NCBI RefSeq assembly: GCF_009914755.1
Contig: NC_060930.1
Origin: the human T2T-CHM13v2.0 reference genome, Homo sapiens
Strand: one strand, 5' to 3'
DNA: 64,000 bases
The translations under genes and the position numbers were made by a program. Under the pieces are notes generated by a model, which saw only the letters and a list, made by a program, of their open reading frames with translations, did not search any database and was not told the DNA's origin. Positions 11,001 through 26,086 of this stretch are shown here, in pieces. Each line of letters opens with the position of its first letter. Position 1 is the first letter of the stretch.

Positions 11001-11900
11001 AATCGGTCTAGAGGAAAAGGAGGAGAGGCACGGTGCGAGCTGGGGTGGCAGGGGAGCAAGGGCCCCAGGGAGAAGAGAGGGAAGGAAGAGGGCGTGCAGG
11101 GCGGAGGGACAAGGCTCAGGCGTAGACCTGGAGGGGCATCGGGCCTGGGAGCACAGGAGGAAGGAGGAAGGGCGGGTGGAGGGGCAGCTGTGGGAGGGCT
11201 CGCCTCATGCCCTTGGTTTATCTGTGTTCAGAAGCCAGTGTGATGGTTGATTTTAAACATAATACAGCAAGTGGGCAGAGATGTGAGGGTTGGGGTCTCA
11301 GCGTTTGGAAATGTCACTCAGTGAAATAGGAAGGGAAAGTGTCTACAGAGATGCGCAGGATGCAGGGCCCCGAGGACTGGAGGGCATTTATGTTTTGGGG
11401 AATCTGCTTCCCACTCTGCTTTCTCCAGTAGGGCCTACCAGCATGGGTTGGCGTGGGGGTGAGGATGGTTGGCTGGGTTCACTCAGGGTTGGAGTTTAAC
11501 AGAGCAAATGCAGGACCAGGAGGCTGGAAAGTCAACAGCAATGGCAAAAGGGAAACTGATGTGATAAATCACGGGGTCCAGGCTGGCAGAGATATGAGAG
11601 GAGAACAGAGGGGCCCGCAGGCAGAGGAACGTGAGTATTGAGATGTCGGCATGGGAGGTGGCTTGGATTTTCTTTTCAGAAATGGCAGATGCGCTAGGGC
11701 TGTTCCTCCTGGAGTAGTGGGAGTCAGAAACACACTGTGAGATTGACCACCTTCCATCGGAGTGTGGAAACAGGTTTTCATCAAGATCCTTTCCATGACA
11801 TTGTGGCCCCCAAGGACAATGGAATGGTGGGGCTCTAGTCTTCATCTTTTCTCAGTAACAGCATAAAGGATGAATCTAATAAATCACAATAAAACTTTTA

Positions 11901-12064
11901 TTGTGATTAGAGGAATATTGGGCTCCTGGAGGGCTGTTCTGTCATTGATATGTGCTGTGTTCACTTATCCATGTGAAGGAGGAATAGGGATCGTGAATAG
12001 AGGAATATCGGGTTCCTGGAGGGCTGTTCTGCTGTCGATATGTGCTATCTTCAGCACCTTATTC
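11901..12064. repeat. Diverged tandem duplication, 90 bp period
   Basis: TAGAGGAATAT(T/C)GGG(C/T)TCCTGGAGGGCTGTTCTG...GATATGTGCT in copies starting 11901 and 11991. Confidence 0.9.
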
Positions 12065-13171
12065 AACCTCAATATTTTCTGCCAGCAAAACTGTTGAGAA
12101 GGGGAGGAGAGTGCCGCAAAGGCAGTGTGCTGACACGACCTAAGCCCTGGCACAGTCATTTTGGTGTTTGCATGGGTGGCAGCAACACAGTAGGAAGATA
12201 AAGGGCTGCACACACACCACAGAGACCCTGCCCACTCCCACCCTCCGGTGCCCCGACCTTGCCAGCTCCTCTGCCATAGAAATCCTCTCAGGAAAGTGGA
12301 CTGGATTTGCCAAGCAGGGTAGTGTTTTTCTAAACCAGTGATCTGGGAACTGGTATTCGTCTAAAATTAGCCTGTGAAAAGATAAGCTTTAATATATGTC
12401 ATTAGGTGGAATGACAAGTAATTGAGAGTAAAAATTCCCATTAAAAAAAAAATCTCCGGCAAACAAGGTCATCTTACATAAAAGGGTACTGTGACTTTTT
12501 CAGCTGCTTTTTATAGCGGTGCCCTCTGAAACTAGTGGCCTGTTACGCCTTGTGGAAGGGCACCCGAGAGAGGCGCATTCCTGCTTAGCGAGTCCCCCCG
12601 CCCGCCCCACCCCGCCCCTAGCCCCCGAGCACAGGTGGCTGGGGTCTCAGGCCAGATTGCTTATGTGCTCACTAGCAACCTTCCCAGTATAAAATGGAAG
12701 TCTGATCGAGTCAATTACAGTGCATTGTTAGTCGTTACCTGTTCTGGTTGTTGCTCCTTACATAAAGTTTAATCTCTTTGGTTTGTTCTGAGCAGTCAGA
12801 GGTCTCAGCTCCCAGCCAGTGCTTGGTGCTTTCTTCGTTACTGTGAGCCCTCTACTATGATTTCACTCGAGTGACATTTATAGCCATGTACCTGGTTGAC
12901 AGGAACAGTGAGTCACGGTTTTCCACATTCAGCACCTTTGATTCCTTCCCTTCAAGGGATGATGAGCTTGTGAGTGTGTTTGCGATGAGTGATTTTATCA
13001 TTGAAATGACTGGAACCTGCAAGTCTGAGTCAGCTCACCCTGCATGGATGGTGGGGGCGTGGGGGAAGGGAACGGCCTAGGATCCACTAATTCTTTGAAA
13101 ACATTTCTGGGGGACAGGCTCCATGGATCTGTGCAGTGATCATCTCGGCATGGGCGTCGAGACTTTTAGGT

Positions 13172-13405
13172 CAGCATTTTTCCCACTGAGAGGTGTAATC
13201 CATTACTAGGTCATGAAATCAACTTACTAGGTTGCTGGTCAGAATGGAGAATAGAATAGAAACAGAGTAGAATGGAAAATAGAGTACGTCTCCTTTGATA
13301 AGCATTGGTATTGTTTTGTGAAACTTTTGTTTCAGTTTAGTAGACTGTGATATAAAAATGAATTTATTGCTGTGGTTAATGGTCCAAAAACTTTGCACAT
13401 CACTG
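13172..13405. mobile_element. hAT-Charlie relic (MER113-like)
   Basis: CATGAAATCAAC...AATAGAATAGAA...TATTGTTTTGTGAAACTTTTGTTTCAGTT...CACTG. Confidence 0.5.
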
Positions 13406-13534
13406 CCCTAGATGGATGGTAAGTCTTTAACTGATGAGTTCCTTGGGTGGGTATTGAGGATGATTGACTCATTTTTGTATGCCTTTGCCTCTAGCTGTAT
13501 GTAGCATATATTAGAGGCTCACTAGCTGTTTGTA

Positions 13535-13652
13535 GAAGGAAGGTAGGAAGGAAGGAAGGGAGGGAGGGAGGGAGGGAGAGAAGGAGGGGAAGGAAGGAGG
13601 GGAAAGAAGGAAGGAGAGCAAGGAGGAAAGAAATAAAGAAGGAAGGAGGGAG
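13535..13652. repeat. Polypurine (GGAA)/(GGGA) tract
   Basis: Nearly pure A/G for about 115 bp, including GGGA x4 + GGG at 13558-13576. Confidence 0.9.
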
Positions 13653-13955
13653 ATCCGATTTTACAGACTTGAAGGGCTGGATAAAGCAGGCCTGGAAATC
13701 ATATTTCATCTCTCAATATCATTCCAGGATCTCAGCAGCCATCTGTCTTCTCCTCCCTTTTCAAAACCTCCTCCTAAGTGATCTGGAAAGGGAGTTGAGG
13801 AAGTCTCCCATATGATGGCAAGAGACAATGGAGGTAACCAGCTCCAAACCAGCAAGCCAGAGTTCAGGATGATAGAGAATCTTCAGGAGGGAAGGAGAAT
13901 GGCTAAGAAAATTGCTGTCTCTGAGCAGTGCCAGGGTTAATGGAATCTCTACTCA

Positions 13956-14757
<802 letters not shown>

Positions 14758-15709
14758 ATGTTTTGAAGATCTTCAATCACTGGTGGCCCTGCCAAGGCAT
14801 TTGTATTTGTGTGGCATACAGTAGGGCTGGACATGTGTGCATGTGATAAATCCATTTCTACAGAGTTAGATAAGATAGTCATCTCTGGAGAAAGATGGGC
14901 CTGACACCTGTTTTGACTGGGTTACTTGTAAAGCCAGGTTATGATACATTCTGGGACTTCCTCAGAGCTGTTGTGTTGCTGATCTGCTTGATGGACTTGT
15001 CTGTAAATAGCAGCTGTCTTCATCTGGCTCACAGACTCCCATCTGCCAGAGTGTATACGGGACACAAGGTGAAAGGAACGTGAGTGTGGGTGGTTGTAAG
15101 CCAGCACTTACATCAGGCTCTGTGCAATTGTTTGAATTTAATCTTCAGAACACTCAGTTGATGTGGGTGCCATCACCGTCCCTATTTAGAGATGATCAAG
15201 GCTCAGGGAGGCTTGTAATTCATCCAAATAGATCACTCAGCTGGTCTAATTGTCAGGGCCAGATTCAAGCCCTAAAGTTCTTCCCTGTAGGAACCATACA
15301 GAGTGGGGAGTTCAGTGCCAGGCTCCTAGCCCTGGAAAAGAATCTTTCTTTGTTGGGCTAACTGTGTACTTGGGTCACCCACCTCCATGGCAGGGACCAT
15401 AGTGCCCATGTCCCATATCCAATGCAAGGGAACGCACTGTGTTGGGAAAGAGTGAAGGAGCTGCTCTGTGGACAAGAATTCTGTTTTGGAGACTGAGGAT
15501 GGAGGACCTTAGTGTATTTGATGGTGGTTATGGGGCAAGGGTCTAGGTCATTGCTAGTGTGGGTCATATTGAAATCTCTTCACTGCTGAGGCTATCCAGG
15601 ACTACTCACCTCCTTAGGAAATTTGATCTGAACCAAACAAGCCACAATAAACCAAAGAAGTTACCTGGCATTTTTGCTTTGGCTTTTTATTTTTTAAATT
15701 TTAATATAA

Positions 15710-16072
<363 letters not shown>

Positions 16073-19000
16073 TAACAATCTACTGAAGGAAAAGGGCTCC
16101 CAAGGTGAAGAGTGCAGAGTTCACCTCCAGTTTCTTTATGTTTGTGGTGAAATTTGTGTGAGGTGCCGTTGGAGGCTTCATAGCTGTGCATATTTGAGTT
16201 TTTAAATAAATGGAAAACATTTCCAGCAAAAAGAGGAAAGAACCTTATCTTGCTCATCTTTCTATCTCCAGGGCTTGACAGAGTGGGTGCTCAACAACTG
16301 GGTTGAATGAATAATCAGATTATTCATTCCTTTGTTAATAAAATAGCAGTGCAGTCGGAGGCTGTGGGGGAGAGTGGGGCAGAGCCCTTACTTCAGGGAG
16401 CTTACTAGCAGGTGTGGTTGCCCGGGGCTGCTTTGGAGAGGTAAGTAGTTGTGCCAATGGTGTGAAGCTGTGGAAGAGGTCATAAGTCAACTGAGGCTTG
16501 CCTGCCATCACTGTCTTCCGGAGCAATTTATTTTCGTTGCCTGGTAGCCTTCCAATAGGAGGTGGTTTCTTGGATCATTTCCATTGTAATTTAATTTAAA
16601 ATTTGACTTCCTGCGTGAGAGAATGAATGGTGTTGAGGCTGCTTAGAGGCAGACCTGTTTTGTACTAGAAATCTAATCAGAGCTGTTTCCCCAGGATTTT
16701 ATGAATGGCAAAATGGCTTTCATGCCCCGTAAACCACTGACACGAGCCACCTGTTTCAACCTATAGTGACACTAAGGTAACACCAAAAAATGGGGCAGGA
16801 AAACAGCTTTTCATGCTTCTGGAAGTTGCCAGGTACTGTTGACATTTAAGCATGTGCAATTTTGGGGCCCATTTTTATGTTTTTGGATCCAGATGGTTGT
16901 TCCAAAAGGAGCACTGTCCCTGCTGATCAAGTGGGAAGCAAAGAAACAAGTTTCCTTCTGCGCTGAAATCCCCGGCGTGGGGCGGCTCTGCTGCCGTCGC
17001 CATGGGGCTACAGCATCTCACCGCCCAAGAGCGGTGTGCCTGTGTCTAATGAACGTGTTACATGGCCTGTGTGGTCACTTTTCTTTGAGAACCTTGTCAT
17101 GTGCCCTAGCAGATGGCAGGTTTGCATTTGGGCATGAAACCGAGCACAGTGCTGGCACGATCACTCTATTTCTTGAGACTTACTTAGGTAATAAGAATTT
17201 ATAATTGAATTAAGTTGGCTCTTATAATTAATTGCTTTGATTCTGATGATGTGGACACATGATTGCAAGCTAAATACCAAATATCATTATGTATCTTTTC
17301 TGATATCGAAAGAAGGGTAGTTTAAATAAAAAAAATTGTAGCCCCCTTGAATAATGCTTTCCGTTTGCCTAAAGGTGGAAACTCATAGGTATTCACTAAA
17401 TAAAGAAAGAAAAAGATTACAAAAGTAGTGACCAAGATAAAACCAGAGGCTTAGGGCTCTGAGAGTTCAGCCTGGGCCGTGATGTTCAGGAGCAGCTGTC
17501 TACCTGCAGAGTCCTGGGCAAACCACTTACCCTCCACGGGACTGTTTTGTCCTGTTTACAACGGGAGGAGTTGACTGGGTGACCCCAGGGTCTCTTTAGC
17601 TCTAAAAATTCTCAGATTGTGTGACTGTGGTACTCTGAAGGGCAGGTTTTGGTAATAGCATCAGGACCGAGTGTGTGTGCTCACACATGCACACAGACAC
17701 CCCCACTCATGATCCAAAGCACAGCTGGTGGCCTTTATCGGCCTTGACGAGTGTCCTTTTCAAATGGAGACTTTATCAAACAGTGACATGGCATGTGCTG
17801 TGAAAATGGTGACTGTTTTGATGTCTTCCAGTTGGCTGGCTCCCATCTTTCCAGAGGGAGCACTGGACTTCTGGGTAAAGGAAATAGCAGTGACCAGGAA
17901 CAAGAGAGCCACCCTCCACACACATACTTTTTTCCTGGTAATTGTACCAGTATGTGACTTAGCTAAGTGTACACATCATAAATAGCTATCAGCCCATGTG
18001 ATGCCAGAGGCAATGGCTCAGTACATGGTTTTTGACCCTCCTGAGATATATGCTAAAAGATTTTTAAAAATCCAGTTCCAAGATTACATAACCGCCAACA
18101 ACAAAAAGAAAATAGAGAAGAAAAACGGTATTAGTATTAGACCTAACATATTAATTGCTGATGACTTTTTTTAGAGAGAAGCTAGCTTATAATTTTATAT
18201 ATATATATATATAATTCTTTTATATGTTGAGTTCAGGGTCACTGAACTATTCTGATGTTCTGAATAGACTAAGCCTGGGCCAGTGCAAATTTAAGGCTTG
18301 CCTGATTTCCCCTGTTAGGGTCCTGCCAGCCGGCCGAGAACACCCTTAGGAGCTGGGCCTGTTCACACCAGACAGGTGGATGTTTCCTCTGAGCCCGAAC
18401 TGGACTGGAGTGGCCCTGCGTTCTCCTTTGTCCCATTCCCTAAGTCCCCCTGAGGACTTTATCTGATGAGGCCATTTCAGCTTGGTGATCACTTCCCACT
18501 AGTTCCTCTGTGCCCTTAAACATTTTATTTGGGTCATAAAAACACAATTCCATGAATCATTTAGGCCACAGTAAGAGCTGCAATAGGGCTTTCTTTTAAT
18601 ATCCTGTGAGTACTTTCAAAATGGATCTTTTGCCCCAGTTTTATTCGTTTATCAAATGTTTGTCAGTGTGGTTGGGCCACCTGAAGATGAGCACCCAGAG
18701 AGCTTGGCACGACGGGGAGGAGCCGGACTTTTAACAAGGCTGCGCCAGTGCCCTCCTGTCAGTTAGACTGTCTGTGGAGCTATTTGCTTAATGAAACTGG
18801 ACCCGCTCCATGACGGAGAGAATCCTGGCGTGACATGTTTTGTAATAGTCCCGTCTGGGTTGGCTGTGGCCTTGAGAGAGGGGATCTGCTCAGGGCTTCC
18901 CTTCCTGGACTGCCAGCAAAGCTTTTAGAGAACACACTTTCTGGGTTTCTCCCAGGGAGACTTATTTGTTTTGACCTTTACACAAAGACATAATGCAGAT

Positions 19001-19524
19001 TATTCAGACCATCGCTGAACACAGATCTCCATGGCTATGCTCATAGAAAATTGTTTTCACTCCGGAAGGAATCGCCATAGCAGTTCCTCGGGGGTTCTTT
19101 GCATATGTTTATCCCACTTAATACTCATACCAATCTTAAGAGCTTTACAGATGGGGAAACTGGGGCTCTGTGAAGTCACTGGGAAGAAGCAGGACTAGGA
19201 TTTAACACTCTGTTTGCTGCCCTGGGGCAGGTTGCCGTCTAATCCAGGCAGATGAGGTAAGTATAGAAATCCGAGAAGAGGGCAAGAGCAAGGGTGCCCC
19301 GCAGAAGTGCTTGCACACATGGAGGGAGGGTAGGAGAAGGGAGGGAAGGAGGGACTGCAGAAAGTCTTTGTGATATCGATGACATTGGGATGAACCTTGA
19401 GGAAAGGCTAGGACATATGTATGCAGATGTGTGCCTCTTAATTAATGGCAGTTTGTGGCATTAGCCTATAAGCTCAGTAAGGTGGGCACCCTCCTTTCCT
19501 CCCTCATTTCTCTCTCTCTCTATC

Positions 19525-19877
<353 letters not shown>

Positions 19878-20129
19878 TAGCAGGCAAGTGCTTGCTGTAT
19901 GCTGTTTGGATAGAGGGCTGGGGTGGGTAGGGGCATGGAGGATATTTCAGGCAGAGAGAGCAGCATGGGTGTGAAGAATTAGGGCAGGTTGTAGTTTATT
20001 TTGACTGGTGACTTGGGCAAGGAGAGGGCACTGAGTAGCTGATGAGGGAAGGCAAGTAGATGGAGGTCACACTGTGGGGGATTTTGGAGGCCAGGCTAGA
20101 GAGTCCATAGAGAGGCCAGTTCCCAGAGT

Positions 20130-20360
20130 CCTGCCAGGTGTCAGTTTCAGAACCTTGGATAACTTAATGTTTCCGATCCTCCTTTTTTTCCTTATTTGTA
20201 AAATGGAGATAATGAAGATGCAAATGGAGATAATGAAGGTGCAAATGGAGATACGAGGTTGTTTGGAAGATTAAATAACATAAGATCTGTCAAATGCTTG
20301 CCACTGAGTCCACACGCAGTGAAGCATGTGCTTGGTAACAGTTGGCTATTGTTGTTATCC
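20130..20360 (+). mobile_element. MIR with internal 21-bp tandem repeat
   Basis: TTTGTAAAATGGAGATAAT core, GAAGATTAAATAA; AAATGGAGATAATGAAG(A/G)TGC x2.5 at 20201-20253. Confidence 0.7.
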
Positions 20361-20369
20361 TGAATTCAC

Positions 20370-20820
20370 CAGACAATGGGAGAGCATGACTTTCCTGTAG
20401 GGAAGCGATACGATTGGGTCTGGGCTTTTAGGTCAGTGAATCTGGCAGCAGTAGGATGGATTGGAGCAGAGGCAATGACCCTGAAGGAGATGCAGTAGTG
20501 AGTTAATAAGCATGAGAGTCGCCCAGGTGAGAAGTCATGAGGACTTGAACTGCTGGGGGAGGGGGGGCGGGTAAAGGGGGGTTGCAGGAATAATGTGATG
20601 ATGGGCACAGGCGTCAGAGCCCTCAGAGAGGTCTGCGGGACTTGGCAGTGAACTAACGGAGAGGGACGAAGGCTTGAATCTGAGCCCCTAGAGGCATAGT
20701 GGTGCTATTCATGGGAAGAGGGAAGCCAGGCACGTTTGCTTCAGGAAGATGATGAGTTCAGTTTGGGTCATGTTGGCTGCATAGTGCCTGTGGAATTTCC
20801 AGATGTGGAAGGAGGCCCAG
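20370..20820 (-). mobile_element. L2 fragment
   Basis: GATGATGAGTTCAGTTTGGGTCATGTTG and TCTGGCAGCAGTAGGATGGATTGGAG. Confidence 0.55.
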
Positions 20821-23209
20821 ATGCTGGAGGGAGGTCGAGGCAGGGCAGTCATCAGGGAGATCATCTACGCAGAGCTGTCTGCAGGGAGTACAGGGGTGGT
20901 CTGAGGTGCCTGGAGTGGAAGGTGGTGGGGATTGGGGTTGTGGAGGAGGCCTTCATCCACGGGGCAAGGGGCATCCTGAGACTTAGCAGCCACTGAAAAG
21001 GGGAGAGGGCTGTGACTGTGCATGTGACATGGTGACAACAGCTGGGCCTGCTTCCATAGCCCTACCCTGGGACTGCAGGTCTACACAGTGCAGCACAGGC
21101 CTTTCCCAGGATTGGCCGGCCACACATGGGCTGGAGCATGGGCTCTGCATCCGTGAGAGCACTGGGGGCCTTTGCTGGGCCTCCTGGTTCTCAGGTCCCA
21201 TGAAGCTTTGTGCTGTACTGTGCCTTCATTTTCAGAGGGCACCTGCAGGGGCCATGCAGGAATGCCAAATAAGGTTAACGGATGCTTCCTTCCATAAGGA
21301 GGCCACTTTCCCTCCAGAGGACACCTAGATTCTCTTTATAGTAGTGTCGTGAAGATGAATGGCGGTGCTGAGCTGTGCTCCCGAGTGTCCCGGGCAGGCT
21401 GTCGCCCTGTTCTGTCTCCAGCCTTGAACAGGTTTGTCTCTGTAGTGATACTGGAGTTCTTAATCCTTTTAGAAGGAAGCAGTGAGTGCTCTTCCCAGAA
21501 GAATTCCTGCATATGCCTGTATACAATACTTGGATCAATTCACTGGGCTCACAGGTCCCTGGAAGACCCCAATTAAAGAATCCTTCTCTCACAGGCTCAG
21601 TCTCTGCATTTCTTACTCGTAAAACGACCTTTCCTGTCAGGGTAAAATAGATTCAAATAGGTATGACTAAAGGCTACTAACTCTTCTCTGCAACAGTGTT
21701 AGTTGATTGCTACGGGATAATAAATTCATATATTTAAAACCAAAAAATATAGCTCTATGTGTGCTGTGATTCATTCTTCCCCATATTAAATTAGGTGATT
21801 ATATAGGTCAGATTTTTACAGAAGAAGGACAAGTACAAGTTGGTTAAATTTATGACCTTAGTATTTACATGGGATGGTAGAGTTAAAAAAAAAAATCCAG
21901 GTTTACTTTCTTTTTATTTTATAATTTACTTGGTTTTCTAAATAGGTATAAAGCTAATTAAAAGTTAGGTGTACTGAACTATCATGTTTTTTTTATTGAG
22001 GTAAAATATACATAACATAAAATTTACAATTTTAATCATTTTAACTGTACAGTTCAGTAGCATTTATTATATCATGTAGTTTTAATTAATCCTATTGTGA
22101 ATAATTTCTAAATCTTCAAAAAAAAATGAGAAAGTAGAAAAGAGTGTAATTTACCCAGAAAAAAATATACTTCTTGAACAGGTTGCTAAGGTGTCACAAA
22201 TTTGGGCTTTCCTGGCAAGAAGAATGCAAGCATTTAAGGTAAGAATGCTTTATGGAAAGTTCTTGTAGATTCTAGAAATAGGATTGTTTTTCAAATGGAG
22301 TGATTAATTTTATTTTGCAGGGAGAGGAAGGAAATCTCTAAGGTAGCCATATTAAGATAATTTTAAAGATTGTAAGGTTAAAATCTGGACTTTGAGTTGC
22401 ATTTGGAAGTACAGAAAATCAGCAAGACTCTTGAAGACAAATGCCACGTGCAGACATCTCTAGTTTTCATCAGCTGAAGTTCACAAATTACCTTCACAGT
22501 TATCTCAAAGTACAGCACAATGCTGAAACCCCCCTGTGAATTTGCAAATGTGAGGATCACCATAGTAACAACCATATTAAACTTTACATTTTAACATTGT
22601 TCGTACAAGACGCTTGTGTCTTTGTAAGACTTTCTCAGGGAATAAAAAGTTTTTCCTTCCACTGTACCACAAGATATTTCCTGCTTATCTCAGGCATTGT
22701 TTTTGAAATCCGAAAGTCTGGATGTCATATTAAAAGCAGCCAAAATATTCGTGTTGGTGTCAGGATGTTAGAGTACTATTTCCAATAGCAGTTGGAGCTA
22801 GAGCTGTGGAATTTATGGATGTGTTTGGCTGTGGAGGATTGCAGAGAAAGCTGTGGACAAATATATTTTATAAGTGATAAATTCAGAGTATTGTCTGGGC
22901 GGTAGAGAGTGCCAAGAACTGAATTCATCTAGAATTGAGCATTCGTGCTGAGTTAGCCACTCCACTGCTTAGAGAATCATATTGCCAACAAAGAGTTTTT
23001 CTGGCAGTTCATGTGAGGGTCATTGAGCAACTTTTAAAAAAGTACCCTGTCACTTGGGTTTGGTACAGTTCCCCATCCAGAGAAACTCTGTCATGTTCCC
23101 TGTCTAACATATCCATTTATATCTCTTATTTCCTGCTAAATATTTCCGTTCTTCATTTTCAAAACATCTTAGGGCCTTTAAGAAAATGGCAACTACAGTT
23201 GCAGAGTGC

Positions 23210-24139
23210 TAGAATGGGAGAAAGTTTTTGCAGTCTACCCAACTGACAAAGATCTAATATCCTGAATCTACAAGGAACGTAAACAAATTTACAAGAAAAA
23301 ACAACCCTATTAGAAGGTGGGCAAAGGACATGAACAGACACTTCTCAAAGGAAGACATTTATGTGGCCAACAAACATATTAAAAAAAGCTCAACATCACT
23401 GATCATTAGAGAAATGCAAATCAAAGCCACAATGAGATACCATCTCACGCCAGTCAGAATGACCATTATTAAAAAGTCAAGAAACAACAGATGCTGGCAA
23501 GGCTGTGGGGAAATAGGAACATTTTTACACTGTCTGTGGGAACATAAATTAGTTCCAACATTGTGGAAGACAGTGTGGTGATTCCTCAAAGACCTAGAGC
23601 CAGAAATACCATTTGACCCAGCAATCTCATTACTGGGTATATACCCAAAGGAATATAAATCATCCTATTACAAAGGTTCATGCATACATATATTCATTGC
23701 AGCACTATTCACGATAGCAAAGACATGGAATCAACCCAAATGCCCATCAATGATAGACTAGATAAAGGCAATGTGGTGCATATATACCATGGAATACTAT
23801 GCTGCTGTAAAAGCAGACAAGATCATGTCCTTTGCAGGGCCATGGATGAAGCTGGAAGCCATTATCCTCAGCAAACTAATGCGTGAACAGGAAACCGAAC
23901 ACCGCATGTTCTCACTTACATATGGGAGCTGAACAATGTGAACACATAGATACAGGGAGGGGAACAACACACCCTGGGGCCTCTTGGTGGGGTGTGGGAG
24001 GAGGGAGAGCATCAGGAAAAATGGCTAATGCATGCTGGGCTTAATACCTAGGTGATAGGTTGATCTGTGCAGCAAATCATCATGGCACACGTTTACCTAT
24101 GTAGCAAACCTGCACATCCTGCACAGGTACCCTGGAACT

Positions 24140-24170
<31 letters not shown>
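23210..24170 (+). mobile_element. 5'-truncated primate L1 (older L1PA-type) 3' end with (TAA)n tail
   Basis: ORF track 23330-23581 matches L1 ORF2 C-terminus ([10 protein letters not shown]...HLTPVRM...CW); 3'UTR GCTAATGCATGCTGGGCTTAATACCTAGG; (TAA)n 24140-24170. Confidence 0.93.
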
Positions 24171-24171
<1 letters not shown>

Positions 24172-24965
24172 GAACACTTACAACTCAATAGCAGAAATAC
24201 ACACAGCCCAATTTAAAAATGGACAAAAGGCTCAAATAGACATTTCTGCAAGAAGAACCAGCAAGCCAAAAGACACATGACAAAATAGAGAAATTAGTCA
24301 CTAGGGAAATGCAAGTGAAAACCACCCTGAGATACCTCTTCACACCCACCGGGATTGTGATAACTGAAAAATAAAAGGAACATACAAGTGTTTATGAGGA
24401 CATAGAGAAACTAGAAACCTTGTACATTGCTGGTGGGAATGTAAAATATTGCAGCCACTGTAGAAAACACTTTGGAGGTTCCTCAAAAAATTAAGCTTAG
24501 AATTAATATATGACCTAGCAATTCCATTTCTAGGAATATACCCAAAACAATTGAATACAAATACTGAAAAAATACAAACATGCACATGTTCACAGCAGCG
24601 TTCTTTACAATAGCAAAAATATGGAAACAGCTCACATGTTCATCAATGAGTTAATGGATAAGCAAATTGTGGGATGTTCATAAAATGAAATATTACTCAG
24701 CTATAAAAAAGGAATGAAGTACTGATACATGGTACAACATGGATTAACCTTAAAAACAGGTGCTAAGTGAAAGAAGACAGAAGCTATCACATATTTTATG
24801 GGAAGTGACTGCTTCATGTGTACAAGTTTTCTTTTGAGATGGTGAAACTGTTTTGGAATTAGGGAGAGTTGAGCTAAGACAACATTGTGGTTATAGCAAA
24901 TGCCACTGAATTGCATACTTTAAATGGGTAATTTTACCATATATGAATTTTATCTTCATAAAAAG
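24171..24965 (+). mobile_element. Older L1 (L1MB-like) ORF2 end and 3'UTR
   Basis: CAACTCAATAG...TAGGGAAATGCAAGTGAAAACCAC...GAATGAAGTACTGATACATG...GCCACTGAATTGCATACTTTAAATGG. Confidence 0.85.
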
Positions 24966-25446
24966 GGAAAAAAACAAACGAAAAGGAATGTGACTTATGG
25001 GGGTCTTTTCAGTGTAAACCCAGAGGAAATCTAAGTTTCCAAGATTTCCTTTTCTGTCTCTTTTTTGTGGCTGTGATAGTTTTGTGTCCGTAAGTGAGCC
25101 ACTAGTGAGAGTTGAAAAGAGGGAACCACACCTTTTAGGAGGTGGAAGTCAGGGCAGAGATAGAAAATAAGAGATAGTGTTTTGTCTGGAAGGATCGCTC
25201 ATGGCTCAGATCTTTGTAGGCTTTGCAAATCCTCCATTCTGTCCCAGCAGGTTTCCGATCATTTGAGACGAGAGCTCTTCAGCTAGAAGTTGTTCCCAGG
25301 AAGACACCAAACACTTGTTCTTATTTCCAAATTCTGTGAATCTGGTTATTTGTTCTCTGTTGCTGTAGCCTCCTCATTGCTCACTGCTTTTGGAAGTGTT
25401 AGATTGGCAGATGTGTTGTGTGGGAGTGAGGAAAGGAAATTTCCTA

Positions 25447-25835
<389 letters not shown>

Positions 25836-26086
25836 CAATATTCCTTAGTCCATGTGTGTATGTGTGTGTGAGATTTCCATACAGAAAAGATTTCTGTTTC
25901 GTGGAAACAATATTTTAGCATTAGCATTACAGTTAACTCATGATACCAATCTTTTATCCTCTTGATGCCTCAGATTTATTAACTATAGAATGGATATAGT
26001 GATGCTTGTTATCCAGCCCTCAGAATAATAGAAACAGTGCTCTGTTGAAGAAATAGATTACATTCATAAAGTTTTTTGAAAACTTC

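Noticed and set aside
21795-21842. Purine-rich exon-like segment GTGATTATATAGG...CAAGTTG
   Set aside because: No pyrimidine tract before the AG and a poor donor (GTTAAA)
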